NCBI RefSeq assembly: GCF_000143415.4
Contig: NW_003314263.1
Coordinates: 2,978,041 to 3,042,040 of the forward strand
Length of the DNA stretch: 64,000 nt
Reading direction: 5' to 3'
Origin: Selaginella moellendorffii
Taxonomy: Eukaryota; Plantae; Lycopodiophyta
Shown here piece after piece: positions 23,225 through 35,700 of the stretch. The notes beneath the pieces are model-generated. The model saw only the letters and a list, made by a program, of their open reading frames with translations, ran no database searches and was not told the origin of the DNA. The number at the start of each line of letters is the position of its first letter. Positions within the stretch are counted from its first letter, which is position 1. Position numbers and translations under genes: made by a program.

Positions 23225-23836
23225 AAAATGGTCGTCCAAAAACTCGCTGGATTCCATCGTTTCTAACATTCGTTTTCCTTGTAGAGGATTTATCTGGTTA
23301 CCTTTCAGCAATGGATGGATCATTCCCATCGTCCGAGAGAGGAGGTACTCCTCAGGATTGAAGCGAGCGTCAAGGTGGAAATAGCTGCCATCAGGAAGAA
23401 CAGAACCACAGGATCCCCATTTGCAACAATCGCTTCTTGAGGTGTGTGTTCCACTGGTTTTTAATCTCGTTGTCAGTTCGTCCAGGAATGTGCGATGCGA
23501 TCACGGACCACTTGAAAGTGAAACACGCAAGAACGTAGAGAACGCAAGAATTTAGAGGTAAAACTCTACAAACTGTTACCGGTTTCGCAGGATTGAATGC
23601 AGCCAGATGTTGGGAAGCTCGTCTTGGGCTGTGATCCCGCCTCGTTTTATATCCGGCCGGAGATAGTTTGTCCATCGCAGCCTGCACCGCAACGATTGAG
23701 TCCTGCTCGCAAGATCCAGGAGAAACAAGATGTGAGAAATCGATTCACCCGGTTTCTCCGGTAGCGATTCTCGTGACCGTGTTTCCGAATGTAAGCGAGT
23801 GAGTCCCTCTTTGCTCCGGCGAGGAGGCCTCCCCAT
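23225..23836 (-). pseudogene. Decayed R2R3-MYB copy
   Basis: [12 protein letters not shown] is deleted; frameshifts; lost acceptor; rearranged exon 3. Confidence 0.9.
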
Positions 23837-24042
23837 TGCAAAGCAAGGAGAAGTAAAGAGAGAGTTCTATAGACATTGTGATTGTCTATTTATTTGTATA
23901 CATTCCAGTGGAAGAAGCCTGGAGTGTGAGGTAGATTGCTAGACTTCTCCCTTTGGTCAAAAGGTTTCTTTTGGATTCATCGCTTTAGAGTTATAGATCG
24001 TCGCGGCTTTCAAAAGCTTTTCTCCGTTCCAGAAGACCACGT

Positions 24043-24250
24043 TGTAGTGGTGGAATAAAGCGGGCGTAAGCCCGGGCGAGGCTCACCCGGCTAGAAGTGG
24101 TCAAGCCTGTCAACTCTGTATCGATCCACAGTCGAATCGATCGCTCCGGTCCACTTCAAGATCCCCCCAATCCTGCCTGGCAAGAAGCGCCGGCTGATCT
24201 CCCCAACCACGTCAGTACTTACATGTCTTGCCTCTCTTTGCAGTACGACA
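24043..24250. mobile_element. 208-bp solo-LTR-like insertion (TG...CA) with ACGT target-site duplication
   Basis: acgt|TGTAGT...ACGACA|acgt. The empty site with a single ACGT is at 1322-1325 and 8634-8637. Confidence 0.8.
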
Positions 24251-24450
24251 ACGTCATGGCTGCCGTATATTTCTTAGTCAATACAGTTGCCAGCCATACA
24301 GTACCCAAGTACGAAGGACGTGCTAGAAAGATTGGACTCTTCGCCACCTTATTCTTTTGAAAGAAAGTAGGAACAAAGAATTACCTGGACATTTTGATCG
24401 TAATTAATCTTAAACTTACAGGGTCCAAAAGCCTAAATTCTGGTGAGAAA

Positions 24451-25170
24451 ATGGAGCGCGCCCTCGCAAGAATGCGGCGCCGGCGGTGTCGATCGTGCTG
24501 GTTTCTTCCATATGATCTTTCACTCAAAGTTTCCTTTTTTTTTCCTTTTGCCTTCCAGAGAGATTCTTGAAGGCAGTAAAAATCCGTGACGCTGAGGCAG
24601 CAGCTCGTAGATCCAAGTTTGCTCTGAAATTGTCACTCCATGGATCGTCCGACTTACATTCTTTTCTCCTCGCAGGCCACAGTTCGTAGATAGCATCATC
24701 ATTGAGGCCGATTTTAGTCCTCTAGATCTGGTTGTGGAGCTTGTTACAATGCTGGAAATTTGCTGCTAAAGCCAGAGATCCCGTTCCATCTGTGTAAGTC
24801 CTCCTCCCAAACAGCATGCAGCTTACACTTTGAAACACAGACACAACGCCTCCCAAGCAAATCGGACTACAATGTTACCATGTATGATGCTGGCTTAGAT
24901 CTTGTTTATCTATCCTACAACAATGGTAAGGTCTCTTTGCACGAAGTTCGGTTCTAAGGGATCTCTTTTCCTCCAGATTTCCAAGGGCCATATCTTAAGG
25001 AGATCGTCCTCGCTTCACAGCATTCGGATGAAGAATCCAAAGACCAAGTTTTAGCTCCACCAGTGGGATCTCCTCCTCGAGTAGTGTCCCCGGAGGAAAC
25101 ACGACCAAGCTCTCGACAAACAGTTCCTCTTGGTAAAGGGAGCAAGCCCAGACCCAAATGGAAAATGAAA
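24451..25170 (+). pseudogene. DHAD start remnant fused to a decayed PUX1 3' part
   Basis: DHAD 5'UTR/ATG and CCTCGCAAGAATGCGGCGCC joined near 24488 to PUX1 intron and exons with many small deletions. Confidence 0.8.
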
Positions 25171-25628
25171 AGTTTGGGCAGTGGTTTCGTGGAAATGAGT
25201 TGTAAATTGTGGAAAATCAATGAAAATTATAACTTGACGAATGTACATTCAAAGATCATGCTTCTAAACTTACAATAATCCTTTATAAGTGAAGATATTA
25301 TAGAACAACTACAAATAAATATCAAATGCCGGAGTTATTCCGGTACGTTCGGGATCTCAATGAAGAAGTTGAGAGGTTGTAGCAAATGTTACAGGCTGGG
25401 AGATTTTTTTTCAAAGCTTTGAAACTTTTTTATTGGACACACTGCAGAATCAAGTGGAGCAAAGCAAACAGATGAATCAAGAACGAAAAAAAGTATCTGT
25501 GTAACTTAACTCTCACGGACAGCGGCAGCAAAGTTCAGGCATGTTCTTGCGGAACGAGATCAGCAGCTGTAGAATCTGTAGCTGAACTCGCTTCAGAGCC
25601 CGTAACAGTGCCACTTTGATTTATAGCA

Positions 25629-26613
25629 TCATGGAGGCACCAAAGATGGTGTGAACATAAAAACATAACTCACAACTGAAAGATTCTGAGTTGGAATGCT
25701 GCTCCAGGTCTTACTCTCATAATCCAGAAAAAAACAGCTTTTCCTTGTCCGGAATCACGAAGGTGCCTTCGTAAAAACAGATCGGAAGCATAGGATAGCG
25801 TCCCTCATTGAAATCACAGCTTGCCTCCTGAACAAGTCCATTTGATGCACAGTCCAACCTCATCAGGCTCATCTGGTCTTTTAGCAAAGCCACCATGAAA
25901 AACTGAGTTGCTATTGTTACCATCCATTTGTATATAGACCAGCAAAATTGAATAGGAGAATTGTCTCTGAAAGATGACCACTCAACAAACCATCTCATTT
26001 CTTCCATGTTGAAGCTCAAAATCCCCCACATACAGTCATGTTTGGCAGAAAAATAAGCGTTGCTGTTAGCCATCCCAACTCCATATTTGAGATGATACCA
26101 GCCAGGAAGGTAATCCACCGTGTCCCACACTCCCGATCTTGAGTGATATACATGCAATTGCTTTGCTATATCTCCCGCTATACAAATCCAGTAACGCTAC
26201 GGTTCCAATACCAGGGCACAATGAATATTCGGGGATATATCCAGGGGCGGCACCTTGAGAGCTCGGGTGAGCGGATTGAGAGCAACATAGTCACGGCCCA
26301 TCTTTCCAAACAGCAATCCACCACAAGCCTTGACAACCCTGATGTGACCGTAGACATCCTGACGGACCCAATCCTTCTGTGCTTCAGATCCAGCAACGAA
26401 CGGGTTGCAGCTATAGAGTTTATCACCATTTTGAGTTATACCCAAGACACGAGGGGGGCAAATCTGCTTGTTTATAGAGTGGTGTGCTGAATGGAACTTT
26501 GCAAATCTTGGTGAGTCTATGAGATTGCACACGACCCTGATGCGGCAGTGCAAAACAACTGCTGGCAAGCGCTTCAACACCTCCTCTTCAACTATGTGCA
26601 CCAAGATGTCCAT
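25629..26613 (-). pseudogene. F-box paralog with frameshifting deletions
   Basis: Split ORFs 26197..26622 and 25717..26157 homologous to 19269-20288; KRWRD is lost. Confidence 0.88.
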
Positions 26614-26869
26614 ACCTACCATTAAAGAAAAGGCTTCTGCTGATCCTAGGTATTTTGCAGTTTAAAAAACGTTCACGTACAAAAAGCTGCATTCCGTCCT
26701 CCACGAAGCATAATCAGAGGACTCGCATCGTCTCTAACAGGCCTAGAAACAAATTGTCTTTCCACAACACCTGATCATCACTAAAGCTCTCTAGCGAGTC
26801 AGGTTTTACTGGAAGCGGTGCGTTGGTTCTGGTGAAACTGCCAACGAAAGCAGTGGAGAATCCATTCAA

Positions 26870-27830
26870 GTTATCCTGGCAAAGGAGGTCCAGCTTGCAG
26901 AGAAATCACTTCTATGACACAACAACCAAGAATCTACTTGAGACAACCAATAGCCGCTGTCCAGCAACGCCTCGAATTCCTCTCGAAACTTAAGCAGCTG
27001 CTCTCCGCGCATCCAGATGGAATTCGCGCTGCTTCCTGTTGCAACAATTTTAATCAAGGACTTACTAGTCCTTTATTGTTGTGTCATTCGTTTGCCTCCG
27101 TTTGCTCCATTTGAATCTGCAATATACGCACCTGTGTCCAAGAAAAACATGTCAAAAGCTTTATCTCCCAGCTTGTACCATTTGCTGCAGCCTCTCAGCC
27201 TCTTCATTGAGATACGGCCTTACCGAAACAACTCTGGCACAACATTTTAAACCTTTAAAACACTGACGAGATTTGTTGTAAGATGACAGCCGCGTTTCGA
27301 TTCAGAGCTCAACGACTTTTGAACAGCCACCATTGTTTCAGATCATGTATCTGTATCATGTATTTGCTTGAAACAAGTCCAAGATACCGGAAAGAAACGA
27401 ACCCTGCCCTTCCCTACTCCTCTTGCAGTGAGCATTTTGCCGTTTTTCCTATGCTGAGTGAACTGGACAGCGGCAAGATCGTCAGTCAGGTTCTTGGCTT
27501 TCTTTTCAGACTTTGGAAGGCACAACCTCACACAGTGTTATCATTGTCTGGAAAGACTAACCTTCATACGCGTAAATTTTGCATATATAGCAGGATCCAG
27601 CAAAAGACAACGTGACTGAGACCAAACAAAGTTGTAAGATCTGGAAGATACGACTACCTGGAGGCCTTAACGAAAGCTTCAAATCGTGAAAGAGGGTCTA
27701 AATTACAATCGCGTTTTTAACAGAAAACAGAAACATTGAAGAGAGATGCCTTCATCTCTGCAATTTCTTGCTCCTTGTTTGACAGTTGGATCAGCATGAC
27801 AGTTTCCTTGTGCCTGGAAGATGCGCGCTG
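26870..27830 (-). pseudogene. FIP37: FIP37/WTAP-like relic, longer copy
   Basis: HKETVMLIQLSNKEQEIAEMK, LLLDPAI, KAKNLTDDLAAVQFTQHRKNGKML and LLKFREEFEAL, with deletions. Confidence 0.75.
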
Positions 27831-28004
27831 TGAAAAGACAATCAGAAAACAAAGGAAAATACACAACTCTGCAACACCAAACTTGCAAACCTGGTCTTTC
27901 AAGGATGCTTAGAGAAATTATATATGGTCCAAGATCACCCGAGGATCTAATAAATTAGTAATAACAACATATAAAAACACAAACATATAAGATTATGTAA
28001 GCTG

Positions 28005-28340
28005 CAAGAGTTTTGGGAGGAGAACTTACATAGATGGAATGGGATCTTTGGCTTCAGCAGCAATTTTTACAGCATTGTCACAAGCTCCACAACCAAATCT
28101 AAAGGACTAAAATCGCAGGAACTGGACACGAAGTGTGGCCTGCGAGGAGAAAAGAATGTAAGTCGGACGATCCATGGAGTGACAATTTCAGTACCTTAGC
28201 AAACTTGGATCTACGAGCTGCTGCTTCAGCGTCACGGATTTTTGCTGTCTTCAAATCTCTCCCCATCAAAATTGAAAACTCGGAAAGGACTTCTCTCGCC
28301 TTTGCCAGTCGCGTGCTGAATCTGGGCCTCCGACGCCGCG
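28005..28340 (-). pseudogene. PUX1: PUX1 internal fragment
   Basis: IQHATGKG and LKTAKIRDAEAAARRSKFAK with internal deletions. Confidence 0.85.
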
Positions 28341-28434
28341 GGCTCCGACGTATGTCTCTTAAGATAAACCCTAAAGGTCCAAAATCCAAAATCCCTATTA
28401 AACCCAAAAGGGTCCAAAATCCAAAATTCTGAGC

Positions 28435-29340
28435 GCCAATCCCTCGCAAGAATGCGGACGCCAGGGCATCGGTGAGCTCCTCCCCCACGGAGATCGCCGC
28501 TCCATCGCGGCAGCAGGGCACCGGCGAGCACGCGATCGTGTTGAATCACTACAGCAGCCGCGTGACGCAGCCCAAATCCCAGCTCTATGGCGTGGGGCTG
28601 CGCGACGAGAACATGGCCAAGGCGCAGGTCGGGATCTTCTCGGTGTGATACGAGGGCAACACTTGCAATATGCATTTGCTCAAGCTCTTCGAGGCTGTCA
28701 AGGAGGGAGCGGCATGGTGGGATTTCGATTCAACACCGTGGGCATCTCGATGGGGACCCCGAGGGGATGTGCTTTAGCTTGCAGTCGCGGGATTTTATAG
28801 CTGACCGTCATGGGTGGACAGTGGTACGATGCAAATGTCTCCATTCCAGGCTGCGAGGTGATCGACTATGCTCCCCTTTCTCTTTGTTGTTTCTTTTTGG
28901 TCTTCTCATTCTTCCTTTGTGCTTTAGATGCCAGGAACTCTCATTGCAATGGGAAGGCTGAATCGACCAAGCATTATGGAACTATCAAAGTAAGTTTTCT
29001 CTATCTTTTTGGTTTCTTTTGTTCGCACTTGCTGAAACTGTTGGTTCAGCCAGGAATCCTGAACGGGCATGCGTACAATATAGTGTCAGCTTTCCAGGTA
29101 TTTCTGGTTCGTTTTGTTTCTCATGGTGGTCACGTAAATGAAGCTTATGCTGTGTTTTCATTGTCTTCTCGGTTTGTTTTTCTTAACGTACAGACAGCTA
29201 CTGAGAATATGTTGGTGGTCACATTTCTGACCAGCAGCGACTGAACGTTTTGCAACATTCATGTCCAGGCGCTGGAGCTTATGGTGGAATGTACACGGCA
29301 AGTACCATTGAAGCCTTAGGCATGTAACGCTGTCCAGGTG
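28435..29340 (+). pseudogene. DHAD: Decayed DHAD 5' copy (exons 1-4)
   Basis: Aligns to 978-1 with many small deletions, a TGG>TGA change near 28647 and no ATG. Confidence 0.9.
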
Positions 29341-29479
29341 AGCAGACCATGCTTGGGCATTCTCTGAGATATTCTGTGTACCTCTTCCATATACCCGTTT
29401 TAGGCATAGGCTGGGCATCCGGTTGAAGAGCGATGTGGAGTCTGGATGTTTCAATGTTTGACATTTGGCAGTATGATAA

Positions 29480-30170
29480 ATTCTTTGTTGTTTCATTCCC
29501 CTTGCTGGCATTACTAGCTTTGTCCTTGTCAGCATCCAGCATTGTCTGCCTATTTGATTCTAGTTTTGCCTTTGTCGCCATTGTCACCTTTGGTTGTTAT
29601 GCCACTAATTCCAACTTCACCCATGCCTTCATTGTCTTAGTTTTTGGGAAGAGTTTTGAGCAACAACTTTTTGAATATCTTCTTGCATGACTTATTTATA
29701 TTGAGTTATTTGTGCAGTTAAAGGTGAAATTGAAAATGATGTTTTGTGCAGTTAAAGGTGAAATTGAAAATGATGTTTTGCACAGTTAAAGGTGAAATTG
29801 AAAATGATGTTAAGCGCAAGTGGAACATAAAGTTTAATATTACTAAATAAGTTGTTCAAGAAAATATTTAAGAAATTATCGTTTAAAGCTTTTTTTTAAG
29901 GATGATGATGATAATGTGGTTGAAATTGGTGGTGTGCAAAGCAGTGGATACTGAGGATGATGTGGTAGGTGAGGTTGAGGATGATATGGTGGGTGAGGCA
30001 AAGAATGTTGACAAGGGTGATAAGGTAGTAGTAGCAGCTGCAAAAGTATTTTGAAAATATCCTTCAAAGTTGAGAGGACATTGTTTGTAATGGGTTTTGA
30101 TCAAAATGTCATATTTTGCTTTATAGTGAATTCAAAGATTTTTAATAAATTATATTTTCATTGTTATAGT
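29480..30170. mobile_element. Older diverged member of the fold-back family, with a 34-bp x3 tandem repeat at 29711-29811
   Basis: 29850-30170 is inversely similar to 4960-5400. TGTGCAGTTAAAGGTGAAATTGAAAATGATGTTT at 29711, 29745 and 29779. Confidence 0.5.
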
Positions 30171-30599
30171 TGGGTCCTAGCACTAGAAAGAATCACACAG
30201 ATACTACACTATAGAAAGGCTACCTCACGTTTTTGGGTGACAAGAACTTTTCCAGTGAATGTCGAGTGAATGTCGCAGCTTTTTGAAGTCCTTTACCTGA
30301 AATAGCACAAAAGACTGGAACATTGAGAATGAAGCAGACCTTTAGATAGCCAACTTTGTTGGCGAGCAACACAATGGTGGGGAATCATCATTGGCAGGGG
30401 ATCAAAGTTGCCACTACCCAGCGCCTTTACAAGGACAATGGCATGTCAAGTGACTCTCGTATCTTTCAGCTTCAAAAACTCTGTCAAGTGCTTTCCAGGC
30501 ACTCTTGAGGAATGGAAAGTGTGATTCCAAGTCTTTAAATGGAATGGAAAATATGCATGTACAAAAGAAGTAAGTTCTATCGAGAAGAGACAAAGACCT

Positions 30600-31600
30600 G
30601 TATAAAGGACCCAAGGCTTCTCTGGCACTGGCCAGCTGTGTATATTCCGCCACAAGCTCACACGAATGCTGCAAATTTTCAGTCGCTGCTCGTCAGAAGT
30701 ACGTTAAACAACACATTCTCGACAGAAAAAAGAACAAAAAATATGCCTGGTTGGTGGTAGCATTTGCAGCTACAAACAAAAAAATGATAACGATAAGAAA
30801 GAACTCACGTTGACAGTTCCTCCGTGATCGATTACCTCACCATCAACGTCGATGTATCCTCCTTGGAACACTCTTCCACCGGGAACGCTTGCACCTATAT
30901 ATGCATCAAAGATCAAACAAAGCTTCGAATGAGACATACGTGAGATACTTGCATTCCACCGCTGTATGCTCGTAAGCAGGCCAATGAACTTGAGTCCCAG
31001 AGAACAATGAGATCCAGAAGACCATCTGCAAACTGCTATGGACGTAAGAGAATGCGAAATCTTAAGTGTGACCTTGGACTCGGGGTTACCCCAAGGAACG
31101 TTTTGCCCTCCATCACTCTCCAGTTGACGAGGATACCAGTTAGGCGTAAGCCATGCGTAATTGCCTCTGCAAAAGGAGTGGCTCTATCTTGAAGCTAAAA
31201 CACACCTCGACAAAAACGCGAAAAGCTCCATCATACTGCGTGATATTCACTGAGTTGGCCATCTCTCTCGCATGAAGCTGGTGAAACAGAGAAAGTTTTA
31301 TGTCACGAGAAAACACCTTCTTTTGTGATCTCAATGCGAGCTGCTGGGAGTTAGTCTTCATTGATGAAAACGATCGATCTCTCCGGCCTCCCTAAAGAAA
31401 AACAAAGAAAAGTCCAGGAAAAGGAAATCACACTCAGCAAGAAGATCTACTTACATGATCGGCATCTCACAGTCCTCTTGCGCTGATTGCCTCCACAGCA
31501 CCCCTTCTCTGTGAATCCATGAATGTCGGTGCTGATCCCATGGCCGTCATTTCAACACCCCCGAGGAGCTGAAAGACCGAGCAGGAGCTGTGCAGCTTAC
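30600..31600 (-). pseudogene. Sphingosine kinase::DHAD chimeric relic (also about 34540-35500 and 39620-40590)
   Basis: QNVPWG, ADGLLDLIVL and GYIDVDG, then DHAD-derived HGGTVN and QHSC. Confidence 0.75.
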
Positions 31601-31862
31601 GTAGTTTGCTCGGAAGGACAAACTATCAATGCTTCACTTAATAGATCGGCAATAAATCGAATTTTCTCACCAGGATTTAGGGTTTTGGACCCTGTAGGTT
31701 TATGATTAATTACGATAAATACGTCCAGGTAATTCTTTGTTCCTACTTTCTTTCAAAAGAAAAAGGTGGCGAAGAGTCCAATCTCTCTAGCACGTCCTTC
31801 GTACTTGGGTACTGTATGGCTGGCAACTGTATTGACTAAGAAATATACGGCAGCCATGACGT

Positions 31863-32084
31863 TGTCGTACTGCAAAGTGAGGCAAGACATGTAAGCACTG
31901 ACGGATCAGCCGGCGCTTCTTGCCAGGCAGGATATTGGGGGGATAAAGGGGGGCCAGAGGGTGGATCTTGGAGTGGACCGGAGCGATCGATTCGACTGTG
32001 GATCGACACAGAGGTGACAGGCTTGACCACTTCTAGCCGGGTGAGCCTCGCCTGGGCTTACGCCCGCTTTATTCCACCACTACA
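31863..32084. mobile_element. 222-bp copy of the solo-LTR-like insertion with ACGT TSD
   Basis: acgt|TGTCGT...ACTACA|acgt; reverse-complement paralog of 24043-24250 at the same site of the MYB promoter. Confidence 0.8.
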
Positions 32085-32299
32085 ACGTGGTCTTCTGGAA
32101 CGCGTCTAAAAGAGAAAATCTTATGAAAGCCGCGACGATCTATAACTCTAAAGCGATGAATCCAAAAGAAACCTTTTGACAAAAGGGAGAAGTCTAGCAA
32201 TCTACCTCACACTCCAGGCTTCTTCCACTGGAATGTATACAAATAAATAGACAATCACAATGTCTATAGAACTCTCTCTTTACTTCTCCTTGCTTTGCA

Positions 32300-32740
32300 A
32301 TGGGGAGGCCTCCTCGCCGGAGCAAAGAGGGACTCACTCGCTTACATTCGGAAACACGGTCACGAGAATCGCTACCGGAGAAACCGGGTGAATCGATTTC
32401 TCACATCTTGTTTCTCCTAGATCTTGCGAGCAGGACTCAATCGTTGCGGTGCAGGCTGCGATGGACAAACTATCTCCGGCCGGATATAAAACGAGGCGGG
32501 ATCACAGCCCAAGAAGAGCTTCTCAACATCTAGCTGCATTCAATCCTGTGAAACCGGTAACAGTTTGTAGAGTTTTACCTCTAAATTCTGCGTTCTCTAA
32601 GTTCTTGCGTGTTTCACTTTCAGGTTGTCCGTGATCGCATCGCACATTCCTGGACGAACTGACAACGAGATTAAAAACCACTGGAACACACACCTCAAGA
32701 AGCAATTGTTGCAAATGGGGATCCTGTGGTTCTGTTCTTC
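32300..32740 (+). pseudogene. Decayed, 3'-truncated R2R3-MYB copy (partial duplicate at 37549-37824)
   Basis: Same deletions as 23225-23836, plus TGG>TAG at about 32531. Confidence 0.9.
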
Positions 32741-35700
32741 ACGTTTTCATATTACATTTATAAAGGATTACTGTAAGATTTAAATCAGACAAGTTTCTAA
32801 TATGGGCAATAGTTTCAGAAGTTTACTAGAAGCATGATCTTTGAATGTACATTCGTCAACATATCAACCCAACTACAAATAAAATACTGAATGCCCGAGT
32901 TGTTCTGGTACGTCCAGAATCTCAATGAAGAGGCTGAGAGGTTGCAGCGAATGTTACAAGCTGGGAGATTTCTTTTCAAAGCTTTTGACATTTTTTTATT
33001 GGACACAGGTCCGTATACTGCAGAATGAAGTGGAGCAAAAGGAACGCAAACGGATGAATCAAGAACGAAAAAAAGTATCTGTGTAGCATAACTCTCACGG
33101 ACAGTGGCAGCAAAGTTCAGGCATGTTCTTGCGGAACGAGATCAGCAGCTGTAGAATCTGTAGCTGAACTCGCTTCAGAGCCCGTAACAGTGCCACTTTG
33201 ATTTATAGCATCATGGAGGCACCAAAGATGGTGTGAACATAAAAACATGTGAAAGATTCTGAGTTGGAATGCTGCTCCAGGTCTTACTCTCATAATCCAG
33301 AAAATAAAGCTTTTCCTCCGGAATCATGAAGGTGCCTTCGTAAAAACAGATTGGAGGGATAGGATATTGTTCCTCATTTAGCTTGCTTTAGCTTGCAGTC
33401 GCGGGATTTTATAGCTGATAGCATCGAGACCGTCATGGGTGGACAGTGGTACGATGCAAATGTCTCCATTCCAGGCTGCGAGGTGATCGACTATGCTCCC
33501 CTTTCTCTTTGTTGTTTCTTTTTGGTCTTCTCATTCTTCCTTTGTGCTTTAGATGCCAGGAACTCTCATTGCAATGGGAAGGCTGAATCAACCAAGCATT
33601 ATGGAACTATCAAAGTAAGTTTTCTCTTTCTTTTTGGTTTCTTTTGTTCGCACTTGCTGAAACTGTTGATTCAGCCAGGAGTCCTGAACGGGCATGCGTA
33701 CGATATAGTGTCAGCTTTCCAGGTATTTCTGGTTCGTTTTGTTTCTCATGGTGGTCACGTATATTGAGTTATTTGTGCAGTTAAAGGTGAAATTGAAAAT
33801 GATGTTAAGTGCAAGTGGTCTAATGTAAATAAGTAATATTTAAGAAATTATTGTTTAAAGCTTTTTTTATGATGATAATGTGGTTGAAATTGGTGGTGTG
33901 CAAAGTAGTGCATACTGAGGATGATGTGGTGGGTGAGGCAAAGAATGTTGGCAAGGGTGATAAGGTAGTAGTAGCAGCTGCAAAAGTATTTTGAAAATAT
34001 CCTTCAGAGTTGAGAGGACATTGTTTGTAATGGGTTTTGATCAAAATGTTATATTTTGTCTTATAGTGAAATTCAAAGATTTTTAATAAATCATATTTTC
34101 ATTGTTATAGTTGGGTCCTAGCACTAGAAAGAATCACAAAGATGCTACACTATACAAAAGCTACCTCACGTTTTTGGGTGACAAGAACTTTTCCAGTGAA
34201 TGTCGAGCGAATGTCACAGCTTTTTGAAATCCTTTACCTGAAATAGCACAAAAGACTGGGACATTGAGAATGAAGCAGACCTTTAGATAGCCAACTTTGT
34301 TGGCGAGCAACACAATGGTGGGGAATCATCATTGGCAGGGGATCAAAGTTGCCACTACCCAGCGCCTTTACAAGGACAATGGCATGTCAAGTGACTCTCG
34401 TATCTTTCAGCTTCAAAAACTCTGTCAAAGTGCTTTCCAGGCACTCTTGAGGAATGGAAAGTGTGATTCCAGGTCTTTAGATGGAATGAAAATACGCATG
34501 TACAAAAGAAGGTAAGTTCTATCGAGAAGAGACAAAGACCTGTATAAAGGACCCAAGGCTTCTCTGGCACTGGCCAGCTGTGTATATTCGGCCACAAGCT
34601 CAGGACCTGGACACGAATGCTGCAAACTTTCAGTCGCTGCTCGTCAAAAGTACGTTAAACAACAAATTCTCGAAAGAAAAAAGAACCAAAAATATGCCTG
34701 GTTGCTGTAGCATTTGCAGCTACAAACAAAAAAATTGAAAACGATAAGAAAGAACTCACGTTGACAGTTCCTCCGTGATCGATTACGTCACCATCAACGT
34801 CGATGTATCCTGCTTGGAACACTCTTCCACTGGGAACACTTGCACCTATAAATGCATCAAAGATCAAACAAAGCTTCGAGTGAGAGATACGTGAGATACT
34901 TGCATTCCACCACTGTATGCTCGTAAGCAGGCCAATGAACTTGAGTCCCAGAGAACAATGAGATCCAGAAGACCATCTGCAAACTGCTATGGACGTAAGA
35001 GAATGCGAAATCTTAAGTGTGACCTTGGACTTGGGGTTACCCCAAGGAACGTTTTGCAGCAAAACCATCACGGATGCTCCCTCCATCACTCTCCAGTTGA
35101 CGAGGATACCAGTTAGGCGTAAGCCATGTGTAATTTCCTCTGCAAAAGGAGTGGAGCTCCATCATACTGCGTGGTATTCACTGAGTTGGCCATCTCTCTC
35201 GCATGAAGCTGGTGAAACAGAGAAAGTTTTATGTCACGAGAAAACACCTTCGTTTGTGACCTCAATGCGAGCTGCTGGGAGTTAGTCTTCATTGATGAAA
35301 ACGATCGATCTCTCCGGCCTCCCTAAAGAAAAACACAGAAAAGTCCAGGAAAAGGAAATCACACTCAGCAAGAAGATCTACTTACATGATCGGCATCTCA
35401 CAGTCCTCTTGCGCTGATTGCCTCCACAGCACCCCTTCTCTGTGAATCCATGAATGTCGGTGCTGATCCCATGGCCGTCATTTCAACACCCCCGAGGAGC
35501 TGAAAGACCGAGCAGGAGCTGCGCAACTTACGTAGTTTGCTCGGAAGGGCAAACTATAAATGCTTCACTTAACAGATCGGCAATAAATCGAAGTGATCTA
35601 TTATAAGGCGAGCAAACTTTGTGGCCTGCACATCGCGAACGAATTCAGTAACCAGAAAAATAAAGTTTCCACTACCTCGAGATTGCGATGTCTTTGTCGA

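Noticed and set aside
29711-29811. CRISPR-like array (34-bp repeats)
   Set aside because: Head-to-tail repeats without spacers, in eukaryotic context with no cas genes.
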